Source of the DNA: an archaeon GW2011_AR10
Lineage (GTDB): Archaea > Iainarchaeota > Iainarchaeia > Iainarchaeales > GW2011-AR10
Length of the DNA: 32,000 nucleotides
Assembly: GCA_000830275.1 (NCBI GenBank)
Contig: CP010424.1
Span: 1,080,001-1,112,000 of the forward strand
Direction of reading: 5' to 3'
In this document: in pieces, positions 31,025 through 32,000 of the stretch
Layout of the letters: each line of letters begins with the position of its first letter
How positions within the stretch are numbered: position 1 is the stretch's first letter
The notes under the pieces: model-generated
What the model saw: only the letters and a program-made list of their open reading frames with translations
Database searches by the model: none
What the model was told of the DNA's origin: nothing
Position numbers and translations under genes: made by a program

Positions 31025-31434
31025 AGCACAGCGCGCAGGCAAGCCTTGAACTCGCAATTGTTATTGCGGCTTTTCTCAGCATGTTTCTTCTGCTGCTGCC
31101 AAGCATTCATGCATTGTTTGATGCAGGAATTTTCTCATTCGACGTAAAGAACGCGCAGCAGTTTCTCCACAGTTTCAAGGAAACAGCAAGGCAGCTCAGT
31201 GTTTTTTCTTCAGGCTCAGAGAAAACAATTGAGTCAGCGGTTCTAACAAAGTGGGTAATCTACTCGAAACAAAACAAGGTTTTCCTGCAGGTTCATTCAG
31301 AGGAAGCCGGAAAAACAAAGCTGCTTGAAGCGGAGCTGCCATTAACGGTTGAAATGCAGGAACTTGAGCTGCAAAAAGAAGCAAGGCTCCGCCTTGTAAA
31401 AAGCAGCAGCCATGTTTTAGTGGTAAACGGTTAA
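31021..31434 (+). CDS. Type IV pilin-like protein (class III signal peptide)
   Basis: N-terminus MKHSA|QASLELAIVIAAFLSMFLLLL, with Gln at +1 and Glu at +5. 137 aa. Confidence 0.75.
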   Translation: MKHSAQASLELAIVIAAFLSMFLLLLPSIHALFDAGIFSFDVKNAQQFLHSFKETARQLSVFSSGSEKTIESAVLTKWVIYSKQNKVFLQVHSEEAGKTKLLEAELPLTVEMQELELQKEARLRLVKSSSHVLVVNG

Positions 31435-31776
31435 TACAAACCGTTGCAGTTTCAAGGTGCTTCCGACAAAATGCATTTCCTCAGCTAACACCTTCTCGTA
31501 GGGCTTTTTGATTCCTTCATTCAAAAAAATTTTCCCGCCGTTGAATTCAATCATTCCTTTTTTCTCAGAGAAAACAAAATTGAAATCTGACTCCAGTTCC
31601 TCCTCTGAGAAATTTCTTTCCCGAAGCCACACAATCAGCAGGTCGTGTTGTTTTTGCGCAATGCTCAGCTCATCCAGCCCATGCGCAGGGAAAGTGAATG
31701 GGATTAAAAGCAGCGAGAACAACAGCAGAATGGAAAAAGCCGCCTCCAATGAAAGATAAAAGCCGGGCTCATTCAT
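31417..31776 (-). CDS. Type IV pilin-like protein (class III signal peptide-like N-terminus)
   Basis: N-terminus MNEPG|FYLSLEAAFSILLLFSLLLIPF. Its 3' end overlaps the 3' end of the convergent plus-strand pilin gene by 18 nt. Confidence 0.6.
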   Translation of the reverse strand: MNEPGFYLSLEAAFSILLLFSLLLIPFTFPAHGLDELSIAQKQHDLLIVWLRERNFSEEELESDFNFVFSEKKGMIEFNGGKIFLNEGIKKPYEKVLAEEMHFVGSTLKLQRFVLTVYH

Positions 31777-32000
31777 CGCATATCACCAAGACAATTTTTG
31801 CTTTTCTTTCAGTTGCCGCCTTAACCACTGCAAACCTTTCAAAGCCAGTGCAGTTTTTTCCTGCATTCCCTTTAAACAACAACTCTTTGCTTCCGTCCTT
31901 GAACAGTAGATAGAGTTCCAGAACATTCAAGCCGTCAAGCAGTTCTTTGTTTTCCCTGATTTTCCCAAGCAAAGCATAGTCAAGCACGTTTTGTTCCACT
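31769..32000 (-). CDS. Hypothetical protein, C-terminal fragment (gene continues beyond the window end)
   Basis: The frame is open to the window edge. The stop at 31769-31771 overlaps the start of the downstream pilin-like gene by 8 nt. No recognisable motif. Confidence 0.4.
   Translation of the reverse strand, partial: VEQNVLDYALLGKIRENKELLDGLNVLELYLLFKDGSKELLFKGNAGKNCTGFERFAVVKAATERKAKIVLVICDE

Noticed and set aside
30844-31110. 88-aa minus-strand ORF
   Set aside because: It is antisense to two plus-strand genes with clear class III signal peptides (30851-31024 and 31021-31434), so it is a shadow ORF.
1-32000. CRISPR arrays, IS elements/transposases, integrases, prophage or toxin-antitoxin modules
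   Set aside because: There are no regularly spaced direct repeats. The only repeated elements occur twice and far apart. No transposase-, integrase- or TA-like translations appear in any frame. The only mobile element recognised is the intein.

Overview
This is a densely coding, moderately AT-rich archaeal chromosome segment. The archaeal origin is inferred from gene content: Elp3, Pelota, Taw3/TYW3, RFC small subunit, NreA, archaeal-type phosphoglycerate mutase ApgM and many class III (prepilin-type) signal peptides. A small-genome, DPANN-like lineage is plausible but cannot be proven from the sequence. No rRNA, tRNA, CRISPR array or transposase was recognised. The dominant feature is a co-directional minus-strand gene array of about 17 kb (7754-24567). 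It carries an Epd/Tad-like type IV pilus system: nine pilin-like genes, an A24 prepilin peptidase, two separate T2SS-F-domain membrane proteins and a FlaI/VirB11/TadA-family ATPase. The ATPase is interrupted by a 438-aa LAGLIDADG intein that starts with Ala and ends Ser-Asn|Cys (KlbA/class-2-like) and carries an embedded XRE-type HTH. Housekeeping and unusual genes sit inside the array: ApgM, a stand-alone JAMM protease, a TctA/DUF112-like permease and a membrane-anchored OB-fold protein. A second pilin cluster lies beside an Lrp/AsnC regulator at 30314-32000. Two small pilin genes are missing from the ORF track and were found by hand translation. Two cis-elements each occur twice in the window. 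One is an element of about 60 nt with a perfect 9+9 palindrome (3100-3119 and 24733-24752). The other is a 16-18 nt quasi-palindrome abutting TATA boxes (12950-12967 and 30800-30817). The best candidate for an undescribed system is a three-gene module at 2773-3911: a small wHTH-like protein, a 115-aa stand-alone CARF-like Rossmann protein and a membrane-anchored Hjc-like PD-(D/E)xK nuclease. This call rests on motif-level inference only. All functional calls come from reading the translations and motifs by eye; no database search was run.
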